Assembly: GCF_006345805.1 (NCBI RefSeq) | Contig: NC_042997.1 | Location: 71,052,001 to 71,116,000 of the forward strand | DNA: 64,000 nucleotides | Source of the DNA: Octopus sinensis | Lineage: Eukaryota | Reading direction: 5' to 3' | In this document: positions 1 through 12,123 of the stretch, piece by piece | Layout of the letters: the number at the start of each line of letters is the position of its first letter | Numbering within the stretch: the first letter of the stretch is position 1 | The notes under the pieces: generated by a model | Database searches by the model: none | What the model was told of the DNA's origin: nothing | The model's input: only the letters and a program-made list of their open reading frames with translations | Made by a program: the position numbers and the translations under genes

Positions 1-11
1 TCTATTCCCCC

Positions 12-53
<42 letters not shown>

Positions 54-277
54 TATATTTTTTTTTTTTATTTTTATTTTTATTTTTTTATATTTTTTTA
101 TTTTTATTTTTATTTTTATTTTTATTTTTATTTATTCTCCTATCTAATTTAACACTGACTCCTTGACCACTCCCCCATGTATGATTTTTTGCGCTATGCC
201 TACCCCCAAAAAGTCCCCCACCAACACCCCTTTAAACCTGCCTAAATGTATAAATGCCAATACAATTCTTGTTAACT

Positions 278-328
278 AGCTTCCTGAAGATTTCTCTTGA
301 ATGAAACAGTTCTAGTCCTGTAGAAGCT
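278..328 (+). ncRNA. Type I hammerhead ribozyme-like motif with a full stem III
   Basis: Stem I is agcttc (278-283) paired with gaagct (323-328). Core CTGAAGA at 284-290. Stem II is ttc/gaa with a T.T closing mismatch. GAAA at 303-306. Stem III is cag/ctg with an 8-nt loop. Cleavage triplet GTA at 320-322. Confidence 0.75.
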
Positions 329-339
329 CCTTCTATATA

Positions 340-691
<352 letters not shown>

Positions 692-716
692 TATATATAT
701 ATATATATATATATAT

Positions 717-1307
717 ATCAAATGTGAGGATATAATTCTTTTCGAAAAAAAAATAATATTTTCTCGAAAAAAATTTTATCAAATGCCAGCATATTAAAAA
801 ATACCTTTAAAGGTTAAATTTATAAACAATTCATAAATGAGGGCAAAGGAAAAAAAGTCTAATGCCAAATATGCCGAAAAATTGGACATATTGTCCATTA
901 ACCAAATAATTTTTTCACAATACGCACGCTACTCGAAAAATGGTCGACAGAAATTTCTAAAAAATTCCATTATTACCATATCGGACCGATTTCAGAGTTA
1001 GCTACTAAGAGCCCTCTCTTCGTCAGTGTACTGAGTTGTGCCCATGACTTAGTATTTGCTTCTTCCATGGGTATGAGTAAGTATCTCATTTATTTCTTTT
1101 ACCACATGTATCACTGACGAAGAGAGGGCTCTTAGTAGCTAACTCTGAAATCGGTCCGATATGGTAATAATGGAATTTTTTAGAAATTTCTGTCGACCTT
1201 TTTTCGAGTAGCGTGCGTATTGTGAAAAAATTATTTGGTTAATGGACAATATGTCCAATTTTTCGGCATATTTGGCATTAGAATTTTTTTTCCTTTGCCC
1301 TCATTTA

Positions 1308-1311
<4 letters not shown>
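717..1311. mobile_element. PLE-type terminal repeat in inverted arrangement (arms ~830-1028 and 1112-1311, 83-bp spacer)
   Basis: The ~199-bp arms are near-identical reverse complements and contain an HHR core. Both flanks are (TA)n. A further copy of the family lies at 19665-19875. Confidence 0.75.
1101..1165 (+). ncRNA. Minimal type I hammerhead-like motif
   Basis: CTGACGA at 1114-1120. Stem II is agag/ctct plus ggct/agct. GAAA at 1147-1150, followed by tcgg and TC (GTC at 1154-1156). Stem I is acca..tatc/gata tggt with an A.C closing mismatch. Confidence 0.65.
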
Positions 1312-1357
<46 letters not shown>

Positions 1358-1365
1358 ATATATAG

Positions 1366-1444
<79 letters not shown>

Positions 1445-1446
1445 GC

Positions 1447-1629
1447 ACGCATTTTTTTTCTTTCCTTGTTTCTCTCCGTGTTTCTTTTCTGTGTATCTTT
1501 CTGTTGAAGAGCGTAGGCTCGAAGCGTAAAAGACTTGTTTTATTTATATTCCTGAGCGCCATACTAATACAATTGTTTGTTTGTATTCCACCTGCCTTCG
1601 TCTTTTGTTTATCTTCATAAAGCTTCCCG

Positions 1630-1630
<1 letters not shown>
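1447..1630 (+). mobile_element. Isolated PLE 3' terminal repeat with a degenerate HHR; same family as 11460-11640
   Basis: High by-eye identity to 11460-11640. tcttt-CTGTTGA-agagcgtaggctc-GAAG-cg-TA-aaaga at 1496-1533. Flanked by (TA)n. Confidence 0.7.
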
Positions 1631-1666
<36 letters not shown>

Positions 1667-1746
1667 TAAATATCGATATCTATCTATATGTGTGTATAAA
1701 TATATATATATATATAGAGAGAGAGACATATACATACATACATACA

Positions 1747-1811
<65 letters not shown>

Positions 1812-4453
1812 CATATACATACATGCATACATATATACATAAATACGTGCCGGGAAATTGATTATATTTATACATATGTATGCGTTGCGGGTGTGGTGGG
1901 AATGTTTATATTAGTATGGGAAGGTGGGGTGAAAAAGAAACATCGCTACGCTTCTTTCCTAAAAGTTTTTTTAAAACCTATCTCTATCCGCTTGATGGTT
2001 TATTTCCTCAATACAAATGCTTTACGTCATTGACATTGATCGACTTTACTTGCTAGTGAATTTGAAACAGTAGATGTGGAATGGTGGTCAGTGTATTTAA
2101 AAGTCGCTGTGACGTTTTGATTAGTCATGTGATCAGTCATGTGCACAGCCTCGAAGGGGCTTTCTGCAAGACAGAATGAGATTGCTTTAGCGTGCCCTCC
2201 GAGAAGATGTGGCGAGTCATATGATTTCTTGTTTGATCATTAAGTCCTGAACCGATGCAATGGCTGAATACCTAATAAACCCTAGTAATGTTATATATCA
2301 TATAGTTAGCCGTTGTCCTAGACGTCCTTCTTGACATATATATGTGCAGTTGTCATACTTTAGAGTTAATAATTTTTTGGGAAGTGCTGTCAATGCCTTC
2401 CACACTTTTGTACAGACATCAAGAGAGGTTCTTGCTGTAAGGTTAATTATGTGACTGGTAATTATCGTTAAGCTCTTCTCAACGTGATGTCGTTTCCCGG
2501 AAACCAATATCAAAGTAGAATCGAAGTCAGGAATCTGGCGAAAAGTACTGAAGTTACACAATCAACTATGAGAAAGTTTGCGTATCCAAAAGAACACTTT
2601 CCACACCACAAAAAAAGTAATGAATTAAAAAACAGCATACATCTTCAACTATACTACAAACACAGAATTAACCAATCACGAATCTGACCACATTACAAAT
2701 ATACCACCAATCAAAAGACTTCCAGCATCATTTAATATTATGGAAATATTGATTGCCATCCCATTTCCATTATCTTAGTATCACCGACGACTTTAGGCGA
2801 CACACAAAACATTTTCGTATGGACAAATATATTTCTTCTAATTGTATACTCTATTCTCTTCGTTTGGAGTGTTTACGGCGAATTATCTTTGATGTAGAAT
2901 AACTTTTTATAGATACATTCGTAAAGTGCACTCTTGTGGTGTGCATACTACTTCGATAAGAAGAGTAACTGTGATAGTCAATTTGATAAAAAAATATTGA
3001 TGATATCAAACAAATATTTACGTCCCAAAGGATTCCACCTTATAATATAGTTAAAGAACTTAAATTCCACCGATTTCATATAAGTAGAAACTCTCATCCC
3101 AGAAAATTGCAACAAATTAGTGAAAGAATTTAGAAGTAAACCGAGAATACTTGTTCATGCAGATAAAACAGGAAACCTTTATCATTTAGAACCGGAAAGA
3201 TACTTCTTTTTAATTAAAAACCAAATTACAAATGATTATAAAATTACCTTAAAAGAGAACTTCCTAAACATTAACTTAATTGTGTAAGACAAAACTGAAG
3301 AACCATAAGTTGGAGATCAAACTAAACCTTACACACCAAAAAACACACAGAATTAATTTTAAAGACCACAAATCTAATTTTCATAATGGTTAGACTGATT
3401 AGCCCATCGAAATCAGATATTGGAAAGATTAGTAAATATATTATAGATAAACATATTCCTAAGCTTAAACAATATATTAATTTATCTTTATGGTCTAATT
3501 CCTTGGGGGATATTGTTTAGTTCATTAACATTAAGGGTAAAAACGTACTAAATTGATTCAGCTGGATATTTCTAATTATTACTCATCTATCAAACCTATC
3601 CAACTAAATAAAGCATTAATTTCCGCTATGAAGAATTTTAGGTTGATATTATATTAACGACTTGCAAAACCATAATTGAATTTAATAGAAAGTATTGTAC
3701 TGATAGGCCTGATTATTATGACATTACTATGGGGTCCAGTGATTCAGCTCAACTAACTGATTTAGTCGGTATTTGTATTCTTAATCGTATGCATAACGAA
3801 ATTCCTGAATGAGTTATATATAGATGACGCTCTATTTACTATACCTAGATCTAATATGGCTAACTTAGTAAGGTCCTGAAATTTAAAAAAAAAAATTCAA
3901 GCGTCCTGCTCTCACTATCGCTATAGAAAATGACTATACTAAGGTTAACTTCCTTGATGTTACTCTTGATTTAAGTAATGAGTTATAACAACCTTATCAT
4001 AAACTAAATAAAACTCAAATCATCCAAGAAGCATCATAAATTCTATCACTAAAAATATATCTACTCGAATTTCGAGACTTTCGACTAATGAGGATATAGT
4101 TAAGCAAAATCAAAACTACTAACCACGCATTATTTGAATCTGGATATAAAGATAATATTTACTATATCTAGAATCATAATAATAAAATTCCCGGAAATAA
4201 TAGAATATTAGGAACTCAAAAGGGAGCATAATAAAACTAAAAATTTAGATAGAAATAAATGCATTAAGCAATCTTTTTTAGCGAAACTAAATAAAGAAAA
4301 AAGCTATAACGATATAAATGTGATCAACAATAAACTAAGTATTGAAGATATTATTAACAAGTATATCAATAACTATAGATCTAAATCTCTAGATAATGAA
4401 TATATGGTTGGTATAAATAATATCAACAACAACAATAATAATAATAATAATAA

Positions 4454-4831
4454 CCTTTTCTACGCTAGGCACAAGACCCGAAATTTGTTGATTAGATCGA
4501 CCCCAGTACGCAACTGGTACTTAACTTATCGACCCCGGAAGGATGAAGGGAAAGTCGATCTCGGTGGAATTTGAACTCAGAACGTAAAGACAGATGAAAT
4601 ACCTCTTTCTTTACAACCCACAAGGAGCTAAACACAAAGGGGAAAACAAGAACAGGCAAACGGATTAATTCGATTACATCGACCCCAGTGCGTAACTGGT
4701 ACTTAATTTATCGACCCCGAAAGGATGAGAGGCAAAGTCGATCTCGGCGGAATTTGAATTCAGAACGTAACGGCAGACGAAATACCGCTAAGCCTTTCGC
4801 CAGGCGTGCTAGCGCTTCAGCCAGCTCGCCG
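4454..4831 (-). mobile_element. SINE family B, dimeric form
   Basis: Two tandem modules (ttctgagttcaaattcc...catcctttcggggtcgataaattaagtaccagt on the minus strand), with head ggcgagctggc. Flanked by (AAT)n and (AAC)n. Many copies in the window. Confidence 0.85.
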
Positions 4832-4851
4832 ACAACAACAACAACAACAAC

Positions 4852-4909
<58 letters not shown>

Positions 4910-4929
4910 GTAATAATAATAATAATAAT

Positions 4930-5483
4930 GCCCTGATGCAGTACCAGGCAGTGGCTCTCATGGCTTCTGATCTTAACTGATTGGAAGTGTTATCATGTAC
5001 ATTGTTTTGTCTTGGTATAAAAGATGGGCTACAACAAATATTCTGCTCAATACCACAGATTTGCTTGTCAGTTGTTTGACCTTAACCAGTTGAGCATGTC
5101 CCTTAGTGGCTGACGATATGTGCATCTCTGATCACGAGCAGAAGTAGTGGGGGAGTATCATGGCCATGTGTTGGGGGGGATTCTTTGGGGTTTGAATAAT
5201 TCACCTCTGGAAACATGGGTGGTTCTTTCAACATCCTTAAACAACCCTTATTCAGAGACCTTTTGAGCGGGATGGGCTACTCAACCTGAAGAAAATTCTA
5301 ACTGGGCCCCACCTGCAAGGTCATGTGCTGTTTATCTTGATATGAAATCACCATGTCGCGCACATATGGTTGTGATGCATGTGCCTGGTGTACCTTTATC
5401 AGACGGGTAGTCATGATGGGTATATTGGGCTTCGTATATTTTACCCCAGTGTCACTTTGATGGCATGCACTGCTCTCTCACTC
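4930..5483 (+). mobile_element. Family C retroposon inserted within an (AAT)n tract
   Basis: A 554-bp non-coding unit with (AAT)n on both sides. Its 3' ~90 bp recurs, 5'-truncated and with an (AAT)n tail, at 24087-24179 and 42524-42612. Confidence 0.75.
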
Positions 5484-8126
5484 AATAATAATGATAATAA
5501 TAAAATAATTAAGAATAAAAATTACGGTAGGAAAAGATCCAATATTAATAAAGGCAACGTTAACAAAAAAGTAAATATGAATAATAAAAAGAATAGACCA
5601 AAAAATATTGTTTGGCATATTGCCTTATTCTCATTTTCAATAGCTATCATTATCCCTCTAAAATTCTTTGTTGCACTACATAGGTATTTTCCACCTTCAA
5701 GCAAATATGGGAAATCACCACAGTATGAAGTTTTCGCATTCGGCCACTAGAAATTTAGCTGAAATTATAGCAGCCCACAATAAACAGAGAATTAGGGAAT
5801 ATCTCAATTCTAAATCTATAAACAAAAGAGAACAGATAATGTGTATTGTGAAATTAACCCTAATGATTATCTTTCTGAACTAGTTTTCGATATTATAATT
5901 ATTTACAACTCTGATAATATAGTTAGGTTATCACCTAACGTTAATGTTAATTGTAATAATGATTAAGTTCACTTTACCGTCTAATTTGGGGACGAGAACT
6001 AATAGAAATTATTTTAGCTATGAGAATCAAATACAAGTGAATAAATACTTGTGTAATTATAAAAACAAAATTGTATACCCCCTAGAAAATCAGTGTTTAA
6101 GGGAAAATGTAGTCAATTAGAGTAAGATAATAACAGAGGATCGTAAGTATTATTACATTGCTCCGTCTGCTACAATTTGGAAATCTAGATTTCACAATCA
6201 TTCTTATTCATTTAAGTATATAAGAAAAAGTAATTCTTCAAATCTTAGTAAATGCATTTGAGATTTAAAAGAAAAGAACATTAAGTATGATTTAAAGTCG
6301 TCCATTATTACTTATGCACCATCGTGCAATATTAGTAATTCTACATGTTATGTTTGCCTTCAAGAAATGTTTTATATAATTACTTCTAAATTAATTTTCT
6401 GGAATTTCAATGAAATATTTACAATAAGATGCAGCCATAAATTTCGAAAGACATTCAATTATATCAATTCATAATTATAATAGCTTTTCATATATTATTT
6501 AATAAGGTTAAATCTTCTAAAAAGGTTTGATATTAATTATTGTTTGATAACTAATTATTGTGACGTAAAGTCAGTAAGTTTCTAATAATCATAACATGGA
6601 ATTCTTCAGTCTATTTTTATTCTTTAGTTATTCACTGGCGTCACTAGTAGTCGAGTACAAAAGTAGCCTTTTTTTAAAGATTATATTTCTCTATATTTCT
6701 AATTGTCACGAGGCAGAATTCTTATGTTTGTTTTTCATTATCTCGTTATCCACTGACGGTCATCGATAGTTGTTTTTCTTTTTTTAATATTTTCGTTATC
6801 TATTGACGTCACCATTAATTGAATACAGTAATGTCTTAGGCTGAATTCGCTTTAAACGTTCTTTTTGTAGGCGTATATATACTGGTAATTTTTCAGATGT
6901 TCAATTCGAATTTCATTAATTTTGGATCGCCTTGATAAAGTTATATTAACATACATTTTCGGAAATATTGATATTAATTTTAATGATATTTTATGTGCAT
7001 ATATGTATATAGGTGGTGGGTATTAGTATGTGTGTGTGCAGGTGCATGTATGTGTCTATTTGTGTTTGTGTGTGTGTACGTTTGTGTGTGTGTACGTTTG
7101 TGTGTATATGTGGTGGGGATATTATTCATTGTTATTGTGGAGCACAGGATATTCGGGATATTAAGTGGGTATGTGTGAGTATGCATGTATGTACATTAAT
7201 GCTATAAAAATAATTGCTTTGTTGATATCTGCAGCTAAGATTTTCTAATCCCTTTTTTATTTATCTATTTATCTATACATGCATACATGCATACATATGT
7301 ATAAACATACATATACATATATATGTGTGTGTACATATATATATCAAAGGTAGAACAGGAAGAACACAACATACAGAAACAGTCAAAACACAACATGCAG
7401 AAAAATGACAATCGCACGATAACCGCAAATAGGAAACAACAAGATACATAGATCATTCGTAGCCTCTTCAGTCGGAGTTCAGAATCTCTCTGTAGTTTCG
7501 CCCACTTATCTCCGATACTACTCGAAACTGGCTGAGCCAGGGACTTAAGCTAAGAGCATTAAGCTTTGGGAAAGACAGACGAATGTACATGTACAAAAAC
7601 AAATAAGAAACCAATAGAAGTGTCTTTCGACTACTGAAGGAACGTAACATATGAAATAGAATTATACGTATACAGTGGACAAACGCCCTTCGGCTATAAA
7701 ACAAAAGGAAAATAATTATACAATTACAACTGAAATGAAACAAAAGAAACATAGTCTCTCGACTATCAGACGCATGTAGTAAGCTAGCGCAAGGAAAATG
7801 GAAATGGAAAAATTTTAACAAACCGAGAGGTAGGACAGAACAGTACAGTCGCGATCAGCCTCAGAGGCGGCCGGTCGAAATAGGATGACAATACCTGAAT
7901 CGGACAGCGACAACATGGTATAGGTGGAGCTGAAGAGGTGAGACTAAGGAATAGGAGAGAGGGGAAAGAAAATCAGAGGGACCAAAGATAGAGAGGGAGG
8001 GTGAGAGAGAGAAAAAGCTACAAGGGAGGTAAGTGAGAAAAGTATGTAAATTCATTCTTATAGTTATATAAAATTTTATCAATTTCTGTCATTCATCACT
8101 TTCTATATACATACATATACATAAAT

Positions 8127-8187
<61 letters not shown>

Positions 8188-8307
8188 ATAATATATATAT
8201 ATATATGCATATATACATATATATATATATAAATTTATAAATAAGGATAATATCAATATTTAAATATTTAAATATGGTGGTGTCTCTCAGACCCCCTTAT
8301 TTTTAGC

Positions 8308-8407
<100 letters not shown>

Positions 8408-8463
8408 GATAGATAGATAGATAGACAGATATAGAGATAGATATACATATACATACAAACACA

Positions 8464-8529
<66 letters not shown>

Positions 8530-9816
8530 CGAGGGACGTTCAATAAGTAATGCCCCTGACCCACTTGTTGTTTGATCTAGCTGAAATTTTGCATGTGCAA
8601 TTATTTATATCTCTATAGATTAAGTGACAAATTACAACTCTGAACTAATTGTGGTTTCTGATTTACAGGTGTTTGAACTGAGTCAAGTGTGAAATGGAGC
8701 CTGTTGAGTGTCGAGCAGTGATACGGTTTTTGTATTTGAAAGGACGCACACCACGGGAGACTTTTGATGAAATGAAAGTAACTTATGGTGATGATGTCCC
8801 TTCATATGACCTTGTAAAACGCTGGCACCGTGAATTCAAACATGGTCGGAACTCTGTGGAAACAGCTCCCAGATCTGGTAGCCCCCTCTTCTACCATTGA
8901 TGAGGCATCTGTCCGTTAAGTTGAGGCTGCCATTTTGGAAGATCGACGCTAACTATTCACCAAATAGCCCATGAGGTCAAGATTAGTACCGGGTCTGTGG
9001 AAACTATCATTCATGACCATTTGCATATGCAAAAGGTATCTGCCAGATGGATTCCCAGGCTGCTCACACCTTTCCAGAAGTAAGAACGTGTCGAGTGCTC
9101 AAGGATGAATTTGGAGATGTGCCAAGAAGATGAGTCAAAATTTTTCAAAAGACTGATTACACAGAATGAAACCTGGGTCCATCACTATGATCCAGAGACC
9201 AAAGCCTAGTCAATGCAGTGGAAGCACTGTGACTCACCTCCTCCAGAGAAGGCAAGGGTGCAGCCCTCCGCTGGCAAGGTCATGCTCACAGTCTTCTGGG
9301 ACCAGGACGGAGTAGCGATGACAGATTTCCTGGCAAAGTGTACCACAATTACAGGAGCCTATTATGCTTCACTTCTGATGAAATTAAGAGAAGCTATCAA
9401 AATCAAGAGGCGGGGCAAGATCAGCAAAGGTATCCTCCCCCTGCAGGACAACGGTCCGGTCCACAACACGCGTGTCGCCAGATCAGAAGCACAGGCGTGC
9501 GGCTATGAACTCCTCCCCCATCCCCACTACTCTCCTGACCTTGCACCCTCTGATTTTCACCTCTTCCCAGCCATGAAGTTGTTTTTGAAAGGAAGGCGTT
9601 ACCCAGCCGATGCAGCTTTGATTTCTGAAGTCACGTCGTGGTTGGAGGACCAATCTGGGGTCTTCTACAAAAACGGTCTCAAGAACTGCATCAAATGATT
9701 GGAGAAATGCGTAACTCCGGGTGCCTATGTAGAAAATGACTAATAACTGTGCCAAGTTTCGTTGCTCTACTTCTATGGGAAGTGGGTCAGGGGCATTACT
9801 TATTGAACGCCCCTCG
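8530..9816 (+). mobile_element. Full-length mariner (irritans/Himar1/Bytmar-like), inactive copy 1
   Basis: 37-bp TIRs (cgagggRcgttcaataagtaatgcccctgacccactt) with 1 mismatch. TA TSD at 8528-8529 and 9817-9818. Length 1287 bp. Confidence 0.97.
8694..9740 (+). pseudogene. Mariner DD34D transposase pseudogene
   Basis: HTH start MEPVECRAVIRFLYLKG, then WIPRLL, QNETWVHHYDPE (first catalytic D changed to N), SAGKVMLTVFWD, QDN and YSPDLAPSDFHLF. Contains frameshifts and premature stops. Confidence 0.95.
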
Positions 9817-9826
9817 TATATATATA

Positions 9827-9950
9827 TACTTTATTTAAAAGCAGCAAAAATACCATAAAAACTTACTCAGAGTTTCACGTTCCCATTCGTTTTGTTTAGA
9901 ATTCTAAACAAAACTATCCGACGAACGAGAAAGTGAAAGTCTGAGTAACC
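9827..9950. mobile_element. Older fold-back PLE terminal fragment of the 534-691 family, with a degenerate HHR
   Basis: Starts with ctttattt-aaaagcagca. Inner 24-bp perfect palindrome ttttgtttagaattctaaacaaaa. CCGACGA(9918-9924)..GAAA(9935-9938)..TA(9946-9947). Confidence 0.65.
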
Positions 9951-10239
9951 AAGCTTTCCATCCCCTATTCCCAATTCCTCCGTCTATGTAGGCTCTGTAG
10001 TGACGACCATGACCTTGAAACTCAGTCTCAACTCATGGCTCGCCACTTCATCCTACGTGGATACCCCTCACCACTATCCACACCGCCCTTGCCAGAGCAC
10101 TTTCCGTAGACCGAGCATGTGCTCTCTCCCCCCGAACCCGCCCTGTAGTCTCCCGCCTCCCTTTTCCCCTCACTTACCACCCCACGACCCTACCTCTCCA
10201 ACGCACCATTCTTCGAGCTTTCCGGCATCTCCAGCCCAC

Positions 10240-10750
10240 CCGTCCACTTCACACCTCTTCCCTAACCGACCCTTCCCCTCCTTCAAACGAGCCCATAACC
10301 TACGAAACCTCTTGGTCCACAGCTCCTTCCCTGACCCTACCTCCCAACCTGGCTCGTTCCCCTGCTCCCGCCCACGTTGCCGCACTTGCCCTTACTTCTC
10401 CAACACCACCCTCCTCACTGGCACCCATCATCGACCCTATCGCATCATCAACTCCTTCACCTGCATCTCCAGCAATATCATATATTGCATCTCCTGCTCT
10501 CTCTGCCATTCCCTGTACATCGGACAAACGGGACGCCGCTTGGCTGACCGGTTCGCGGAACACCTCCGTGACATCCACCTTGCCAATAACACACCGGTCT
10601 CACGCCATTTCCGCTCCACCGGTCACTCCTTGCAACACCTGTCTGTGTTCGGATTGTCCTTGCACAGAGGCCATCTGGATTCCCGTTTGCGCCGTGAACA
10701 GGGATTAATCTTCTCTCTTCGCTCTTTTACGTCATTTGGTCTCAACTCTC
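10240..10750 (+). pseudogene. GIY-YIG endonuclease domain of the PLE, reading frame unbroken within ORF 10000-11364
   Basis: The domain translates without stops in the listed 454-aa ORF. The flanking parts of that ORF are out-of-frame RT sequence or low-complexity UTR. Confidence 0.85.
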
Positions 10751-11508
10751 CCCCCACTTCTCATCTAACCTCCCCCCCCCGACTCCTACTTCTCTTCAAT
10801 CCTTCATCTTTTCACCCCTACTCTCTTTCCCTCCTCTTCTTTCCTCTTTCTTCTTCCCTCTTCCCCTTCTCTCTTTCTCTCTGCTCCCTCACTCCCCTTC
10901 TCTCCCGCTCACCCTCTTCCTCTCCTCTCCTTTCCCATCCCCCTCCGCTTCTCCTCTCCTTCCTCCCCCTTTCCCCCTCCCCTTCCCTCTCATCTCCTTC
11001 CTTCTCCGCCCCCTCACCCCCTCATCTCATCTCATCTCCCCCTCCCCCTCATCTCTCCTCCCCTCTCCCTCATCTCTCTTCCCTCCTCCACTCCTCTCTC
11101 TTCTCTCCGCCTTTCACTCTCCCCACAAACCCCACTCTACCCCAACCCCCAGCCGAACCCACACCCCACATGGGCTTTCCCCACCTCCCCACATCCCCAC
11201 AACATCACACCACACTACACTACACTACACCATACGACACTACACTACACCATACGACATTACACATCACATCATACATACATACACACGTCCAGACCTT
11301 TCATACGCACATACATACTCTCTCATACACACACGCACCCTTATGTTGGGGCGAGGTCATTTGACCCTGTTATCTCCCCAACTATCCCTCTTGCGTCTAA
11401 CGTCTGATCTCTGACTTCTGGCCGAAATCAGACCGCCATGTTGAATCGTTAGCTCCTGCACGTATTTTTTTTCTCTTCTTGCTTCTCTCCGCGTTTCTTT
11501 TCTGTGTA

Positions 11509-11546
11509 TCTTTCTGTTGAAGAGCGTAGGCTCGAAACGTAAAAGA
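11509..11546 (+). ncRNA. Minimal hammerhead-like motif with variant core CTGTTGA
   Basis: tcttt-CTGTTGA(11514-11520)-a gagc gtag gctc-GAAA(11534-11537)-cg-TA-aaaga. Stem III region is the palindrome ACGT. Confidence 0.6.
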
Positions 11547-11675
11547 CTTGTTTTATTTCTATTCCTGAGCGCCATACTAATACAATTGTTTGTTTGTACT
11601 CCACCTGCCTTCGTCTTTTGTTTATTTTCGTAAAGCTTCCCGTTATATATATATATATGTGTGTGTGTGTGTATG

Positions 11676-11709
<34 letters not shown>

Positions 11710-11712
<3 letters not shown>

Positions 11713-12123
11713 GCGCAAGAGTGGCTGTGTGGTAAGTAGCTTGTTTACCAACCTCATGGTGCCGGGTTCAGTTCCACTGCGTGACACCTTGGGCGAGTGT
11801 CTTCTACTATAGCCTCGGGCCGACCAAAGCCTTGTGAGTAGATTTGGTAGACGGAAACTGAAAGAAGCCCGTCGTATATATATATATATATGTGCGTGTG
11901 TGTGTTTGTGTGTCTGTGTTTGTCCCCCTAGCATTGCTTGACAACCGGTACTGGTGTGCTTATGTCCCCGTTACTTAGCGGTTCGGCAAAAGAGACCGAT
12001 GGAATAAGTACTGGGCTTACAAAAGAATAAATCCCGGGGTAGAGTTGCTCGATTAAAGGGCGGTGCTCCATCATGGCTGCAGTCAAATGACTGAAACAAG
12101 TAATAGAAAAAAAGAGTAAAAGA

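Larger units (their letters stand above)
3000..6460 (+). mobile_element. Degenerate PLE (RT plus C-terminal GIY-YIG), interrupted by nested insertions at ~4420-5510
   Basis: Frame-broken motifs: LVHADKTGNLY (~3150), KSDIGKISK (~3410), DISNYYSSI (~3565), DITMGSSDSAQLTDLVGICIL (~3720), IDD (~3820), KVNFLDVTLDL (~3940). After the insertions: NRPKNIVW (~5590), NLAEIIAAHNK, C-rich linker with PLENQCL (~6080), YYIA..WKSRFHNH (~6150), CYVCLQE (~6345), RCSHKF. The motif pattern recalls the Hydra-type C-terminal-EN clade; that assignment is tentative. Confidence 0.85.
9956..11640 (+). mobile_element. 5'-truncated Neptune-type PLE, copy 1 (RT thumb, GIY-YIG, 3' UTR and terminal repeat)
   Basis: SIPYSQFLRLCRLCS..F(L)ETQSQLMARHFILRGYP, Zn-knuckle FPCSRPRCRTC, and YCISCSLC..YIGQTGRRLADRFAEH..HF..H..EQ.LIF.L..GLN. 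Followed by a pyrimidine-rich UTR and an HHR-bearing repeat. Confidence 0.92.

Noticed and set aside
2298-2561. 87-aa minus-strand ORF with normal composition
   Set aside because: No recognisable motif or convincing splice sites. An ORF of this length is expected by chance.
4454-4831. CRISPR-like or regularly spaced repeat array in SINE B modules
   Set aside because: There are only two modules per element, the same structure recurs in dispersed copies, and the context is eukaryotic with no cas genes.
7440-7900. Possible ribozyme motifs (minus-strand CTGAAGAggctacGAAT; plus-strand ggccggtcgaaa)
   Set aside because: The GAAA core or stem I is missing, and I could not build a consistent HHR or HDV fold.
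10000-11364. 454-aa ORF as a real host gene
   Set aside because: Only ~170 aa is the PLE GIY-YIG domain. The N-terminus is out-of-frame RT sequence and the C-terminus is low-complexity UTR.
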